Source: Candidatus Saccharimonadota bacterium
Lineage (GTDB): Bacteria > Patescibacteriota > Saccharimonadia > Saccharimonadales > Saccharimonadaceae
DNA length: 32,000 bases
Reading direction: 5' to 3'
Assembly: GCA_002421785.1 (NCBI GenBank)
Contig: DIRZ01000002.1
Location: 120,001 to 152,000 of the forward strand
The notes under the pieces were generated by a model. The model had not been told where the DNA came from, did no database searches, and saw nothing but the letters and a program-made list of their open reading frames with translations. The translations under genes and the position numbers were made by a program. Below are positions 1 to 8,977 of this stretch, in pieces; position 1 is the stretch's first letter; the number at the start of each line of letters is the position of its first letter.

Positions 1-42
1 ATGCTGCCGCTGGAGTAGCAGTTCGCCAACCCCCTTTTCATA

Positions 43-83
43 CCCCCGTACCATCCGAGCCTCACGGCTTGGGAGTGCGGGGG
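43..83 (+). terminator. GC-rich stem-loop followed by a T-rich tract, a possible terminator of a gene ending left of the window
   Basis: CCCCCG (43-48) pairs with CGGGGG (78-83). An inner stem CCGAGCC/GGCTTGG is present, followed by TCTATTTTAT. Confidence 0.4.
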
Positions 84-156
84 TCTATTTTATATCGCCG
101 CTATACGTCGCGCCGAAAAAGTCAAAGCGTGCAACAGGAGTGTGCACTTACTCACA

Positions 157-900
157 CTAATTCTTCTTAAACGACTCCTCGATGCGCATAATCGGATCAT
201 ACCAACCTCTTTCAAGTACATACTCTTGGACCTTTTTGTCTAAGCCGGCTATCACAAACACCCCGACGAGAATGAACAGTATGCCTACTATTTTTTTTGA
301 ATATACCGTGGGGGTTGCTCATCCATTTCATTTTATTCACCAATAGTCGGCCGAAGATACTTACAAGGAACAGTACCAGGCCGAGTCCTAAAGAATAAGC
401 CGCCAAATACCCCGCGCCACTCGCAAACGATACCGGCAAAATCACCGCCACAATCAGCGCGTAGGTTGGACTGCAACTATTGAACACAGGCCCGAGAGCT
501 GCGCCAAGCACTATGTCTCTACCGACACCCTGCTTCCCTTGTGGTGCACCCATGAGACGGCTCGTCAGCGCACCAATGCCCGTCGCGAGCGTGAACCTAT
601 CCCACATGGCAGGAAACAGTAGGTTAACACCAAATAACAAAACAATTCCTCCCGATACAACCGCCCACACCGCCGCGGGTATTCCCAGCAGCGCCGTAGT
701 TGCTTTGAGCAAGAGTGTGAAAACGAGTATCGAAACGACAAGACTAGCAATAGTAACGAGTGGCTGCTTGAGCGACACGCTTTTTTGCCATCCTGCTGCA
801 ACGAACTCCCGCCAACAATCACTGGAAGCAAAGGCAGGATACAAGGGGCAAGTACCGTCAGTACCCCGGCAACAAACGACACTACATACAGTTCAATCAT
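157..900 (-). pseudogene. ccdA: CcdA/DsbD-family thiol-disulfide transporter (cytochrome c biogenesis protein CcdA) with the reading frame broken twice
   Basis: The N-terminus MIELYVVSFVAGVLTVLAPCILPLLPVIVGGS lies in the 565..900 frame. The body (LLKATT...GAALGPVFNSCSPTYALIVAVILP...) lies in the 212..844 frame. My own translation of a third frame gives the expected C-terminus IVGILFILVGVFVIAGLDKKVQEYVLERGWYDPIMRIEESFKKN, stopping at 157-159. The frame switches coincide with T6 (781-786) and T8 (291-298). Confidence 0.75.
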
Positions 901-1145
901 CGCAAGAGCTCGCGCTCGACCGAGCTAAAGCGGGGCTCTTCATACGCCACATAGCTGGCAACCTTATTACCCTCATCGTCGACCTTCACAAATGTCGTCT
1001 GCAAGGTAACCCCGTACTGCTGGCGTAGGCTTTGGTTGGAATCGTAATCAACTTTAAATACCGTCACACCGCTTGGAATGCCGCGCTGTTGAATGCTCGC
1101 CTCCATTTCGCGACACTGCGGACACCATGGAGCATGAGCAATTTG
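897..1145 (-). pseudogene. Thioredoxin-fold thiol:disulfide oxidoreductase, 5'-truncated remnant
   Basis: The open frame reads QIAHAPWCPQCREMEASIQQ..., with the WCPQC redox motif at 1113-1127. It is preceded in frame by TAG (1146-1148) and TGA (1149-1151). No ATG/GTG/TTG lies upstream of the CxxC; the only ATG (1106) is downstream of it. Its stop overlaps the ccdA start (ATGA at 897-900). Confidence 0.6.
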
Positions 1146-1184
1146 CTATCAAATGCTGCCTATAGCCCTTATACTTTAAAGGGT

Positions 1185-1850
1185 ATGAATGGACCTGAGT
1201 TTATCCTCCCTATTTGGTACGACCTCGTTGCCACATTCGCATTTGCGATCACCGGTGCGATTATTGGCTTACAGAAAAAATACGACATCGTCGGAGTAGT
1301 TGCCCTCGCTATTGCAGTGGGTGTCGGTGGCGGCACTATTAGGGATGGTATATTCCTGCAAACCCCACCCGCCATTGCGACCGACTGGCGCTACATGGCC
1401 GCTATACTTACAGCGGTTGTGGCTGCTATCGGATTGTTTCATGTCTTGCACAACAAGGCACTGAGGTTAACGGTAGACATGCTCGACGCGCTCGGGCTGG
1501 CAGCCTACACCATTGTAGGCACCCAAAAAGCCACCCTTGCTGGATTTGTGGTGTTCGGTGCCGTTTTGGTGGGTGTTATCAATGCCGTGGGCGGAGGTGT
1601 GCTTCGGGACATCTTAAGTGGCGTCGAACCACGCATCTACCGCCCTAGCCAGTGGTATGCCATTATATCCGTGGGTGGCTCACTGCTGTTTTTGGCGATT
1701 GCAGGGCTGGCGGGACTTGATATGCAGGTATCCGCAATCATCGCCATCGCCACCATGGTCATCATCCGCGCCATCGTCATTGTATTCGACATCAAGACGA
1801 GGCCTGCCGAATCGGTGAGGAATATTGTCCGTGGCAAAAAGCAACCCTAA
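1185..1850 (+). CDS. TRIC/UPF0126-family (YadS/YicG-like) integral membrane protein
   Basis: Two internal repeats carry the glycine-rich signatures GVGGGTIRD and AVGGGVLRD, and the protein is hydrophobic throughout. ATG 1185 (MNGPEFILPIWYDL...) was chosen because the ORF-track start at 1032 overlaps the thioredoxin remnant. Confidence 0.75.
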   Translation: MNGPEFILPIWYDLVATFAFAITGAIIGLQKKYDIVGVVALAIAVGVGGGTIRDGIFLQTPPAIATDWRYMAAILTAVVAAIGLFHVLHNKALRLTVDMLDALGLAAYTIVGTQKATLAGFVVFGAVLVGVINAVGGGVLRDILSGVEPRIYRPSQWYAIISVGGSLLFLAIAGLAGLDMQVSAIIAIATMVIIRAIVIVFDIKTRPAESVRNIVRGKKQP

Positions 1851-2305
1851 GCAATTGGGTTCATAAAGCCAATTTTTTGCAATGTGCGGCAGGTGGGAAG
1901 TCCGATGTTTTCTGTAGCTAATTCGTCCGCCGTAAACCAGCGGGGGCTCGTCCAGTCATCTTCCGCACACACAACAACACTATCTGCATCCTGCGGCAGC
2001 GCAATACTATAGTCATAAAAAGTCATGTTTACATGAACTCGCTCACCCGTATCTCGCAGGGTCTTTTCGTGCTCGCCCGTCGACGTGTTCACTTGGGTGA
2101 TTTTGCCAGTCGTTATGTCGATGCTGGTTTCTTCCTGCATCTCGCGCCGCAATGCTTGATATTGTGATTCGCCCTCATCAACTCCACCACCCGGCACAAC
2201 ATAACTGCCTTCATACACGCCGCCCTGTCTATTCTTGCCAAGCAGCACTTTGTTGTCCTTGGAAAATATAAATCCACCCACGATATCACGATGTATTGTT
2301 CTCAT
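1847..2305 (-). CDS. NUDIX hydrolase
   Basis: Nudix box GGGVDEGESQYQALRREMQEETSI matches GX5EX7REUXEEXGU. Confidence 0.85.
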   Translation of the reverse strand: MRTIHRDIVGGFIFSKDNKVLLGKNRQGGVYEGSYVVPGGGVDEGESQYQALRREMQEETSIDITTGKITQVNTSTGEHEKTLRDTGERVHVNMTFYDYSIALPQDADSVVVCAEDDWTSPRWFTADELATENIGLPTCRTLQKIGFMNPIA

Positions 2306-2351
2306 AGCATCATTATGTCACACCCCCATTGTTTTTAGCTGGGAGGTTTAA

Positions 2352-3716
2352 TTATAGCTTTGTCAGTTCTTGCCATATGCGCACCATTGCCCAGGTGTCC
2401 ATTTTGCAATATTCCGTCAGGTCTGCGAGGATTTGCTCTTTTTCGTCAGGTCGTGCACCAGTTAGCACCGCTTCCATCCACAACCGTTGCGCTGAATTGC
2501 CGTCATGAATACCAAGGTCTTGGTAGCTAAGCTCTGGGCACATAACCGGCAACACCTTTTTGATGCTGGCGCTTCCTTCAAATCGCGGATCGTCATACCA
2601 TTTTGACTTAAACGGAATCATAAGGTCAACGACTCGTTGGTTAATCGCCGCAATTCGCTCGGCAAACTCTGGGTACATACGCCCGAGCTCTTCGTTGACG
2701 GACTTTTCGAACCGCATATTCCACGCTATAATCGAGCCGCTATCGCCCATATCTTTTACGAGCTGTTCAACCAGCATTGGCGCTGGGTTAGAGGTATCCC
2801 CATGGAGATATTCTGTATGCTCCACTCCCCCGCCTGGCTCGCGGATGATGTGCAGCGAATACTGGAATGGCACCTGCCGGTACGGTCGCTGACCATCAAA
2901 GTACGGCACAACACCCTGCATAGTTTCATAGTCGAAAAAGTACAGAGGATATTGCAGTTCATCCAAGAAGCGTTTAATCTCTGCCTTGTTAATCTCAGGC
3001 GCAATGCCCTCTGGCCATACTTTAGGTTCTGGTGGAAATATATTGTTATATACTCTCATCCACTCAGGCTTCGAGCCGAACCTGGCGAGGTTAGGGTTTG
3101 GGTCGGGCATCGTTAACTGCGTAGCCCCACTAAGTGCAGCCTGCATATACCCAGGGGTGCTGCGCGCGATGTCACTCACTTCATTAGTCACGTCGGCAAA
3201 AACAGCCAGTTCTTTGGGGTCGATTTCGCCGTGCCGGACATACTGATTATTTACATGGACTACTGATACCTGTTGCACGTCATACCCATTGCCTTCTAGC
3301 ACGACTTTCTGGAACGCAAGATCTTCCAAGTGCTCTGGCTTCACCCTGGTATTCGATTTAATCTCATACAGATGCACCGCCCTATCGCCAATCACCTTTA
3401 CGATGTCGGGCATACAGGTAAATTCTTTCCATTCAAATCGCGACTGGAAGAGCACCTCCGCGCCAGCGTCGAGCGCCTGCTGCGTGCGCCGTGGCAATGA
3501 TGCATATTCATCCGCATCCGCAAAACCAAGAGTCACGCCGCCTGCGAACTGCGACTCGACGTACGGTTCAAACGCATGCCCTGCATCAAACGTGGCCTGC
3601 GTCGCATCATCAATTGGCGGAATTTTGCTTGGATCATTCTTTTCCACCCACAACCAGGCCGGGTGTTTACGTGAAAGCATGTAGTCAGATTTGGAGATTT
3701 GCATATTACACGACAT
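2352..3716 (-). CDS. DUF2779-type two-domain nuclease (N-terminal PD-(D/E)XK, C-terminal DEDD-like exonuclease fold), paralogue 1
   Basis: The N-terminus ISKSDYML..PAWLWV and the core D..HLYEIKSNTRVK fit a PD-(D/E)XK nuclease. YFFDYET, PFQYSLH and YCKMDTWAM fit exonuclease motifs. It is roughly three-quarters identical by eye to the ORF at 25342..26703. The second ATG at 3704 (MQISKSDY) aligns better with the paralogue. Confidence 0.7.
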   Translation of the reverse strand: MSCNMQISKSDYMLSRKHPAWLWVEKNDPSKIPPIDDATQATFDAGHAFEPYVESQFAGGVTLGFADADEYASLPRRTQQALDAGAEVLFQSRFEWKEFTCMPDIVKVIGDRAVHLYEIKSNTRVKPEHLEDLAFQKVVLEGNGYDVQQVSVVHVNNQYVRHGEIDPKELAVFADVTNEVSDIARSTPGYMQAALSGATQLTMPDPNPNLARFGSKPEWMRVYNNIFPPEPKVWPEGIAPEINKAEIKRFLDELQYPLYFFDYETMQGVVPYFDGQRPYRQVPFQYSLHIIREPGGGVEHTEYLHGDTSNPAPMLVEQLVKDMGDSGSIIAWNMRFEKSVNEELGRMYPEFAERIAAINQRVVDLMIPFKSKWYDDPRFEGSASIKKVLPVMCPELSYQDLGIHDGNSAQRLWMEAVLTGARPDEKEQILADLTEYCKMDTWAMVRIWQELTKL

Positions 3717-3802
3717 TATACTCTAATTACTTCACGAATTCACCATACAGCGGATGAATATACTGGGTATTGCCAAGAAAAAACACCCCCATGGGGTGTC
3801 AT

Positions 3803-3829
3803 TTCTTGGCTCCGCTTACAGGTCACGGA
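3803..3829. repeat. Intergenic repeat, family A, copy 1
   Basis: TTCTTGGCTCCGCTTACAGGTCACGGA, preceded by the hairpin ACACCCCCATGGGGTGT with an A-run on its left. Confidence 0.8.
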
Positions 3830-3932
3830 ACAATTACAAGGGTGGCGAGACATAAACGCATGCTTTAGGGTTTGTCTCATTTCAAAGAATATTACCGAAC
3901 AAGTCCCGTTCTTGAATCGTGGCTTTATAACT

Positions 3933-3958
3933 GAAAGAAGGCCTTAAGGCCTTCTTTC
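3933..3958 (-). terminator. Perfect palindromic stem-loop just downstream of hsp20
   Basis: GAAAGAAGGCC-TTAA-GGCCTTCTTTC lies 20 nt after the hsp20 stop. There is no clear U-run. Confidence 0.5.
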
Positions 3959-3977
3959 ATGCAAGCACGAGCGGCCG

Positions 3978-4403
3978 CTATTTCTTCTTCGATGAGATAG
4001 CAATTTTCTTTGGCTCGGGCAGCGGTGTTAGCGGGATGCTCACTCTTAGGACCCCATCGTCGAGATGTGCTTCAATCTTTTCAGCATCTGCTCGCTTAGG
4101 AAGTGCAATGCGTCGATAGAAGCTACTTGAGCTTTCACGCACAACGTATTGCTTGCCTTTATCTTCCTCTTTTTCGTGACGCTCGGCACTAATCACGAGT
4201 GTACCGTTCTCCACTTCGATATTGACATCTTTCTGCTCAAAGTTAGGCAGATGCGCCTCAACCACAAGGTTATTATCTTTAGTAAAGACGTCAGTCGTCG
4301 GAATGTTAACGCCTTTTAGGGGCGACATCCAGTCATCACCAAAGAATTGTTTTTGTAATGCAGAAAGTTCTGCAAACGGATCCCACTTTACAAGGTTGCT
4401 CAT
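3978..4403 (-). CDS. Small heat-shock protein, Hsp20/alpha-crystallin family
   Basis: The alpha-crystallin domain is recognisable: VVEAHLPNFEQKDVNIEVENGTLVISAER...FYRRIALP...AHLDDGVLRVSIP. A CIRCE-bearing promoter lies upstream. Confidence 0.9.
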   Translation of the reverse strand: MSNLVKWDPFAELSALQKQFFGDDWMSPLKGVNIPTTDVFTKDNNLVVEAHLPNFEQKDVNIEVENGTLVISAERHEKEEDKGKQYVVRESSSSFYRRIALPKRADAEKIEAHLDDGVLRVSIPLTPLPEPKKIAISSKKK

Positions 4404-4464
4404 AATTTTCTCCTTTCATCATTGCATTAATGGTTTCCAGAGAAGCATAAAAGCTTCTATTTCT

Positions 4465-4502
4465 AATATAGAGAATTAGCACTCTCATGTCAAGAGTGCT
4501 AA
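4465..4502 (-). promoter_or_regulatory. hsp20 promoter with embedded CIRCE (HrcA operator)
   Basis: CIRCE TTAGCACTC-N9-GAGTGCTAA sits at 4476-4502. On the minus strand, TTGACA (4488-4493, inside the CIRCE spacer) is followed by N17 and TATATT (4465-4470). Confidence 0.8.
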
Positions 4503-4538
4503 TTTACGGATAGCTGCTAAACCTAAAAGCACATTGGT

Positions 4539-6680
4539 TTACCGATATTTTGTGTCAAAGTGAAACGCGTTGTTCGTATAATCGACCGTTACCACCGATC
4601 CTAACTGGATTGATCCGTCGATGATTCTTTTGGCGAGTTCATTGAGGATGCGCTTTTGAATGACTCGTTTTAGCGGGCGGGCACCAAATGCCGGATCATA
4701 GCCTTCGTCGGCAAGTGCTTGTTTGGCGCTCTGCGAAAACTCGAGCTTAATGTCTTTTGAACTCTCGACTTCTTTCAGAAAGGCCGCGAGTTGCATCTCA
4801 ATAATATGCTGTATGTCGTTTTTATCGATGCGATCAAAGATGACTATATCATCGATACGGTTTATAAATTCGGGGCGGAAATTGTGACTTAATTCTTGTT
4901 GCAAGCGATTTTCTAGTTCACTGAAGTTTTTACCGTCCCATTCCTGAATGTACTGCGAACCGATATTGCTGGTCATGATAATGATCGTATTTGAGAAATC
5001 GACCGTTCGGCCTTGACCATCCGTCAAGCGGCCGTCATCAAGTACCTGCAGCAATATATTAAATACGTCCTGGTGAGCTTTTTCAATCTCATCAAGCAAC
5101 ACAATACTGTACGGGCGACGACGCACTGCTTCGGTCAGCTGACCACCTTGGTCGTAGCCAATGTATCCTGGCGGCGAACCTATCAGGCGCGACACGGCGT
5201 GCCGTTCCATGTACTCGCTCATATCGATACGCGTGATAGCTCGCTCGTCGTCGAATAGCGCGACGGCAAGACTTTTGGCCAACTCGGTTTTACCGACGCC
5301 GGTCGGGCCAAGAAAGAGAAACGAGCCAATCGGTCGGCGATAATCGCCAATACCAGCCCGCGAACGGCGAATAGCATTTGCGACCGCTTCAACGGCACGG
5401 TTTTGGCCAATCACGCGCTTATGCAGGTCATCTTCGAGATGCGCAAGCTTTTGCGTTTCGCTTTCTTTAAGCCGATCAACCGGAATACCCGTCCATCTCG
5501 ACACCACAGCGGCAATATCATCTGCCGTCACTTCATCGCGGAGCAGGCGCTGGTCGGCCGGTATCGTATTTATTTGGCGCCTGAGTTCGGTGATATTTTT
5601 CTCTATTTCAGGAATCTCACCGTATTTGACACGACTTGCGGTAGAAAGGTCGCTCTCATTCTCGGCCATCTCGAGTTTGGTTCTGGCCGCTTCGAGTTTT
5701 TCGCTTTCGGTATTGAGCTTGTCTATCAAATTCTTTTCTTTTTGCCATTTCGCATCTAGCTCGTCAGCTTTAGCCTGAATAGTTTTGATTTCTTGCTCGA
5801 TTTCGGCTTTTCGCGCTTTGGCGCTGTCGCTTTTATCTTTTTTGAGCGCCGTTTGTTCAATCTGCAGCTGCATGATTTTGCGGTTTAACCGATCAAGTTC
5901 GATTGGCTTTGAATCAAGCTGCATCTTGAGCGCCGAAGTCGCCTCGTCGATAAGATCGACCGCTTTGTCAGGCAAAAAACGCTCGGTAATGTAGCGGTCA
6001 CTGAGCCGTGCTGCCGCAATAATTGCTTCGTCCAGGATTTTTACACCGTGATGGACCTCATATTTTTCTTGCAGTCCACGGAGTATCGCGACAGTATTAT
6101 CAAAGTCCGGCTCGCCCACATAGACAGGCTGCAACCGGCGCTCGAGTGCAGCGTCTTTTTCGATGTACTGGCGATATTCGTCGAGTGTCGTGGCGCCGAT
6201 TAAATGCAGTTTACCGCGCGCCATCATAGGCTTTAGCATATTGGCAGCGTCGACCGCACCTTCAGCCTTGCCAGCCCCAACAAGCGTGTGTATCTCGTCA
6301 ATGAATAAAATGATTTCTCCAGCAGCATCTTCAATTTCTTTCAGAACCGACTGCAGACGCTCTTCAAATTGTCCACGATATCCGGCTCCGGCGAGCAGAC
6401 TACTAATTTCAAGACCCACGACGCGTTTGTTTTTCAGGCTTTGCGGCACGTCACCTTTGACGATACGCTGCGCCAAGCCCTCAACAATAGCCGTCTTACC
6501 GACACCTGGCTCACCTATTAGTACGGGGTTATTTTTACTCCGGCGAGACAACACCTGCATACATCGACGAATTTCTTCGTCGCGGCCAATAACTGGATCT
6601 AACTTGCCTTCGCGCGCGAGTGCCGTAAAATCTTGACCAAATTGTTCGAGTGGTTTTTTTGTACTTTCTTGTGGCTGCAT
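4539..6680 (-). CDS. clpB: ClpB-type AAA+ disaggregase lacking the N-terminal domain
   Basis: Two AAA+ modules carry Walker [10 protein letters not shown] and GPTGVGKTE, with a long coiled-coil middle domain between them and GARPLKR near the C-terminus. The start is ATG 6680 (MQPQESTKK), 9 nt after GGAGG. The ORF-track start at 6722 lies inside the operator. Confidence 0.9.
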   Translation of the reverse strand: MQPQESTKKPLEQFGQDFTALAREGKLDPVIGRDEEIRRCMQVLSRRSKNNPVLIGEPGVGKTAIVEGLAQRIVKGDVPQSLKNKRVVGLEISSLLAGAGYRGQFEERLQSVLKEIEDAAGEIILFIDEIHTLVGAGKAEGAVDAANMLKPMMARGKLHLIGATTLDEYRQYIEKDAALERRLQPVYVGEPDFDNTVAILRGLQEKYEVHHGVKILDEAIIAAARLSDRYITERFLPDKAVDLIDEATSALKMQLDSKPIELDRLNRKIMQLQIEQTALKKDKSDSAKARKAEIEQEIKTIQAKADELDAKWQKEKNLIDKLNTESEKLEAARTKLEMAENESDLSTASRVKYGEIPEIEKNITELRRQINTIPADQRLLRDEVTADDIAAVVSRWTGIPVDRLKESETQKLAHLEDDLHKRVIGQNRAVEAVANAIRRSRAGIGDYRRPIGSFLFLGPTGVGKTELAKSLAVALFDDERAITRIDMSEYMERHAVSRLIGSPPGYIGYDQGGQLTEAVRRRPYSIVLLDEIEKAHQDVFNILLQVLDDGRLTDGQGRTVDFSNTIIIMTSNIGSQYIQEWDGKNFSELENRLQQELSHNFRPEFINRIDDIVIFDRIDKNDIQHIIEMQLAAFLKEVESSKDIKLEFSQSAKQALADEGYDPAFGARPLKRVIQKRILNELAKRIIDGSIQLGSVVTVDYTNNAFHFDTKYR

Positions 6681-6704
6681 ATATCTATACCTCCTGTAGC
6701 TATT

Positions 6705-6742
6705 ATTATAGTAAATTAGCACTCTAGGTGCAAGAGTGCTAA
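6705..6742 (-). promoter_or_regulatory. clpB promoter with embedded CIRCE (HrcA operator)
   Basis: CIRCE TTAGCACTC-N9-GAGTGCTAA sits at 6716-6742. On the minus strand, TTGCAC (6728-6733, in the spacer) is followed by N17 and TATAAT (6705-6710). Confidence 0.8.
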
Positions 6743-6814
6743 TTTAGACAATTTGGTTGTAATCAAAAAACATCCATAGCGTGAATGCTTACTTGATATC
6801 CTATAAAATAAATG

Positions 6815-6841
6815 CTCTTGGCTCAGCTTACAGGTCACGGA
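6815..6841. repeat. Intergenic repeat, family A, copy 2
   Basis: CTCTTGGCTCAGCTTACAGGTCACGGA. Confidence 0.8.
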
Positions 6842-6979
6842 TCCTATAGTGATACAAGTAAAGGCTCTATTGATCCTAAAATCCGATAGTGATCTTCAGC
6901 TGACAATCGTGGAGCCCTCAGCTCCAATCAATAATTAAGGAGATGAGGGCTTAGTAGGTTGAGATTTACCGCTTGTTAA

Positions 6980-8602
6980 CTAGTACATTCCCATACCCGG
7001 AGCAACAGATGAAGAATCTTCCTTTTTTGGCTTTTCAACGACCAATGCCCCCATAGTCATGGCTGTACCTGCAATTGATACGGCATTCATAAGCGCCTCA
7101 CGGGTTACTCGTACTGGATCGATAACACCAGCTGCTTTCATATCAACGAGTTTAGTTGGATTGGTTACATCGATACCATACCCGGTCTTTGCTGATTTGA
7201 CCTGTGGCAACCATTCATCTGCGTTGAGGCCAGAATTTTTAAGCAAAATCGCAAATGGCTTTTGCAAGGCTTCAACCAAAAGTTTTTCTCCCGCGGCGAT
7301 TGCAGGATCGTCGCTTTTTATAGAATATTTAGTTGCGAGGTTGACGAGAGTGACACCGCCACCAGGAACAATACCTTCGACAAGCGCAGCTTTTACCGCG
7401 GCAACAGCATCATCGACTCGGTATTTTTTTTCTTCAATTTCGGTCTCTGTTGCACCGCCGACTTTTATCACAGCAACTTTTCCACTGAGAGCAGCGTGAC
7501 GCTTCATGAGATTTTGTTTGGCATATTGGCTCGTTTCGTCATCAGCCTGAGACTTTATAGTATCGAGGTGATCACTCAGTAATTTCTTATCACCATCGCC
7601 TTCGACAATTGTCGTTGAATCTTTAGAAACAATAACTTTTCGTGCCGAGCCTATGACACTTACGTCTAGCTCTTCAAATGATACATTCTCATCCTCAGCA
7701 ATCAAGTGCGCACCAACCAGTATCGCTATATCCTTAAGCTTGTCTTTATCAGTCGGTGATTTAATTGCGACGGTATTAAATGACCCCTTCAAGCTATTAA
7801 GTACGAGTAGAGCAAGTGCTTCTCCATCGACGTCACTCGCGATCAATACCAAATCTTTTTTGCCTGACTGAGCCACCATTTCGAGTACGGGGACGATCTC
7901 TTGTGCTGAACTGATTTTTTTGTCAGTGACAATCACTGCGGGCTTGTCGAGAATAGCTTGCATTCGTTTCGTGTCTTTTGCCATGTATGGACTGACAAAT
8001 CCGCGATCGAGTGTGTAGCCTTCGACAATTTCACTCTCAAGCTCGAGACTTCGTCCTTCCTCTACAGTTACCACACCATCTTTACCGATGCTATTCATAA
8101 CTTCAGCGATTTGTTGACCAATTTCACTATCGCCTGCAGAAATCGTTGCGACCTCAGCTATCCGAGACTTTTTGCCTTCGATTGGTTCAGCTAGTGTACT
8201 CAAGGTGGCAATAACTTCATTAGCAGCTCGCTCCAACCCCTTACGGATAAGCATGGGGTTATGGCCAGCAGCTATGAGTTTGTTAGCCTCCTTGAGGATA
8301 TTGTAAGTGAGAACAGTAACAGTAGTCGTACCATCTCCTGCAATATCATTCATTTTGTTTGCAGCCTGCTTGATGAGTTCAGCGCCTGTCTTGTAGCCTA
8401 ATGTTTCATCGGTTTCTTCGATATCAATACCCTTTGCGACTGTCACGCCATCATGGGTAACAGTTGGTCCGCCGTATTGCTTACTGATGACGACATTGCG
8501 TCCTTTTGGACCCATTGTGGTCTTGACGGCATCATAAAGCATCTCCGCACCACCGAGTATCCTACGGCGCGCTTCTTCGTCGTAAAAAATTACATTACCC
8601 AT
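6980..8602 (-). CDS. groEL: Chaperonin GroEL (Cpn60)
   Basis: The N-terminus ...[31 protein letters not shown] and the AGDGTTT nucleotide motif are present. The protein is 540 aa and ends in a short GMGMY tail. Confidence 0.97.
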   Translation of the reverse strand: MGNVIFYDEEARRRILGGAEMLYDAVKTTMGPKGRNVVISKQYGGPTVTHDGVTVAKGIDIEETDETLGYKTGAELIKQAANKMNDIAGDGTTTVTVLTYNILKEANKLIAAGHNPMLIRKGLERAANEVIATLSTLAEPIEGKKSRIAEVATISAGDSEIGQQIAEVMNSIGKDGVVTVEEGRSLELESEIVEGYTLDRGFVSPYMAKDTKRMQAILDKPAVIVTDKKISSAQEIVPVLEMVAQSGKKDLVLIASDVDGEALALLVLNSLKGSFNTVAIKSPTDKDKLKDIAILVGAHLIAEDENVSFEELDVSVIGSARKVIVSKDSTTIVEGDGDKKLLSDHLDTIKSQADDETSQYAKQNLMKRHAALSGKVAVIKVGGATETEIEEKKYRVDDAVAAVKAALVEGIVPGGGVTLVNLATKYSIKSDDPAIAAGEKLLVEALQKPFAILLKNSGLNADEWLPQVKSAKTGYGIDVTNPTKLVDMKAAGVIDPVRVTREALMNAVSIAGTAMTMGALVVEKPKKEDSSSVAPGMGMY

Positions 8603-8605
8603 ATG

Positions 8606-8881
8606 TTATTTACTCCTCACGAGGACACCCAAAATATCCTCGGCTTTGATAATTGTGTATTCGGTTTTTTCGATATCAACATTTGTGCCGGCATAGCTTT
8701 TACAAATTACTTCATCGCCAATCTTTAGTGTTTCTACGTCGTCAGCTACTGCCGCGACGACTCGAGCTTCTGTTTTTTCCTTAGCGGCGTCGGTAAGCAA
8801 TATACCTGATTTTGTCGTTGAATTTTGTTCTTTCTGCGTGAGTACAACATGACCAGAAAGAGGTTTGATAGGGACGTTCAT
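8606..8881 (-). CDS. groES: Co-chaperonin GroES (Cpn10)
   Basis: MNVPIKPLSGHVVLTQKE..., 91 aa, with AAGGAGG immediately upstream and the stop 3 nt before groEL. The ORF-track start at 9025 runs through the operator. Confidence 0.93.
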   Translation of the reverse strand: MNVPIKPLSGHVVLTQKEQNSTTKSGILLTDAAKEKTEARVVAAVADDVETLKIGDEVICKSYAGTNVDIEKTEYTIIKAEDILGVLVRSK

Positions 8882-8939
8882 ATATCCTCCTTGGGTATTT
8901 ATTGGTATTTCATCAGAAGAACCATGTCTTCTATGTCCA

Positions 8940-8977
8940 AGTTTAGCGAATTGGCACTCTAGCGTCAAGAGTGCTAA
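8940..8977 (-). promoter_or_regulatory. groES-groEL promoter with embedded CIRCE (HrcA operator)
   Basis: CIRCE TTGGCACTC-N9-GAGTGCTAA sits at 8951-8977, with one mismatch. On the minus strand, TTGACG (8963-8968, in the spacer) is followed by N17 and TAAACT (8940-8945). Confidence 0.75.

Noticed and set aside
480-1028. A 182-aa + strand ORF, plus many other ORF-track entries lying antisense or out of frame inside long genes (for example 2560..2892, 2637..3116, 5403..5759, 6163..6636, 7059..7499, 14502..14786, 18651..18980, 23135..23470, 25550..25870, 27868..28191, 29883..30281).
   Set aside because: They overlap well-supported genes on the opposite strand or in another frame. Their composition is low-complexity or Ser/Cys/Arg-rich, and no motif is recognisable. 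They are treated as shadow ORFs.
3803-3900. Reading the repeats as tRNA genes or tRNA 3' fragments (att scars), because their minus-strand reading ends in ...GAGCCA before a terminator.
   Set aside because: I could not fold a T-arm or acceptor stem. Forcing family A gives an ATTGT/CCTGT stem with mismatches and a TCCGTGA loop instead of TTCRANY. No complementary 5' acceptor strand exists nearby, and there is no GGTTCGAATCC-like box in any family.
4404-4470. A possible RNA thermometer in the hsp20 5' UTR, based on the AGAAGC-N6-GCTTCT hairpin at 4441-4458.
   Set aside because: The hairpin does not sequester the AAAGGAG Shine-Dalgarno, and I see no ROSE or fourU-type pairing. The CIRCE operator already explains regulation.
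6681-6722. N-terminal extensions offered by the ORF track for clpB (6722), groES (9025), the kinase (13126), the membrane protein (18574), the HAD gene (25201), copZ (13829) and the TRIC gene (1032).
   Set aside because: The extensions run through CIRCE operators, promoters or neighbouring genes. Internal ATGs with Shine-Dalgarno sequences give N-termini that match the family or paralogue.
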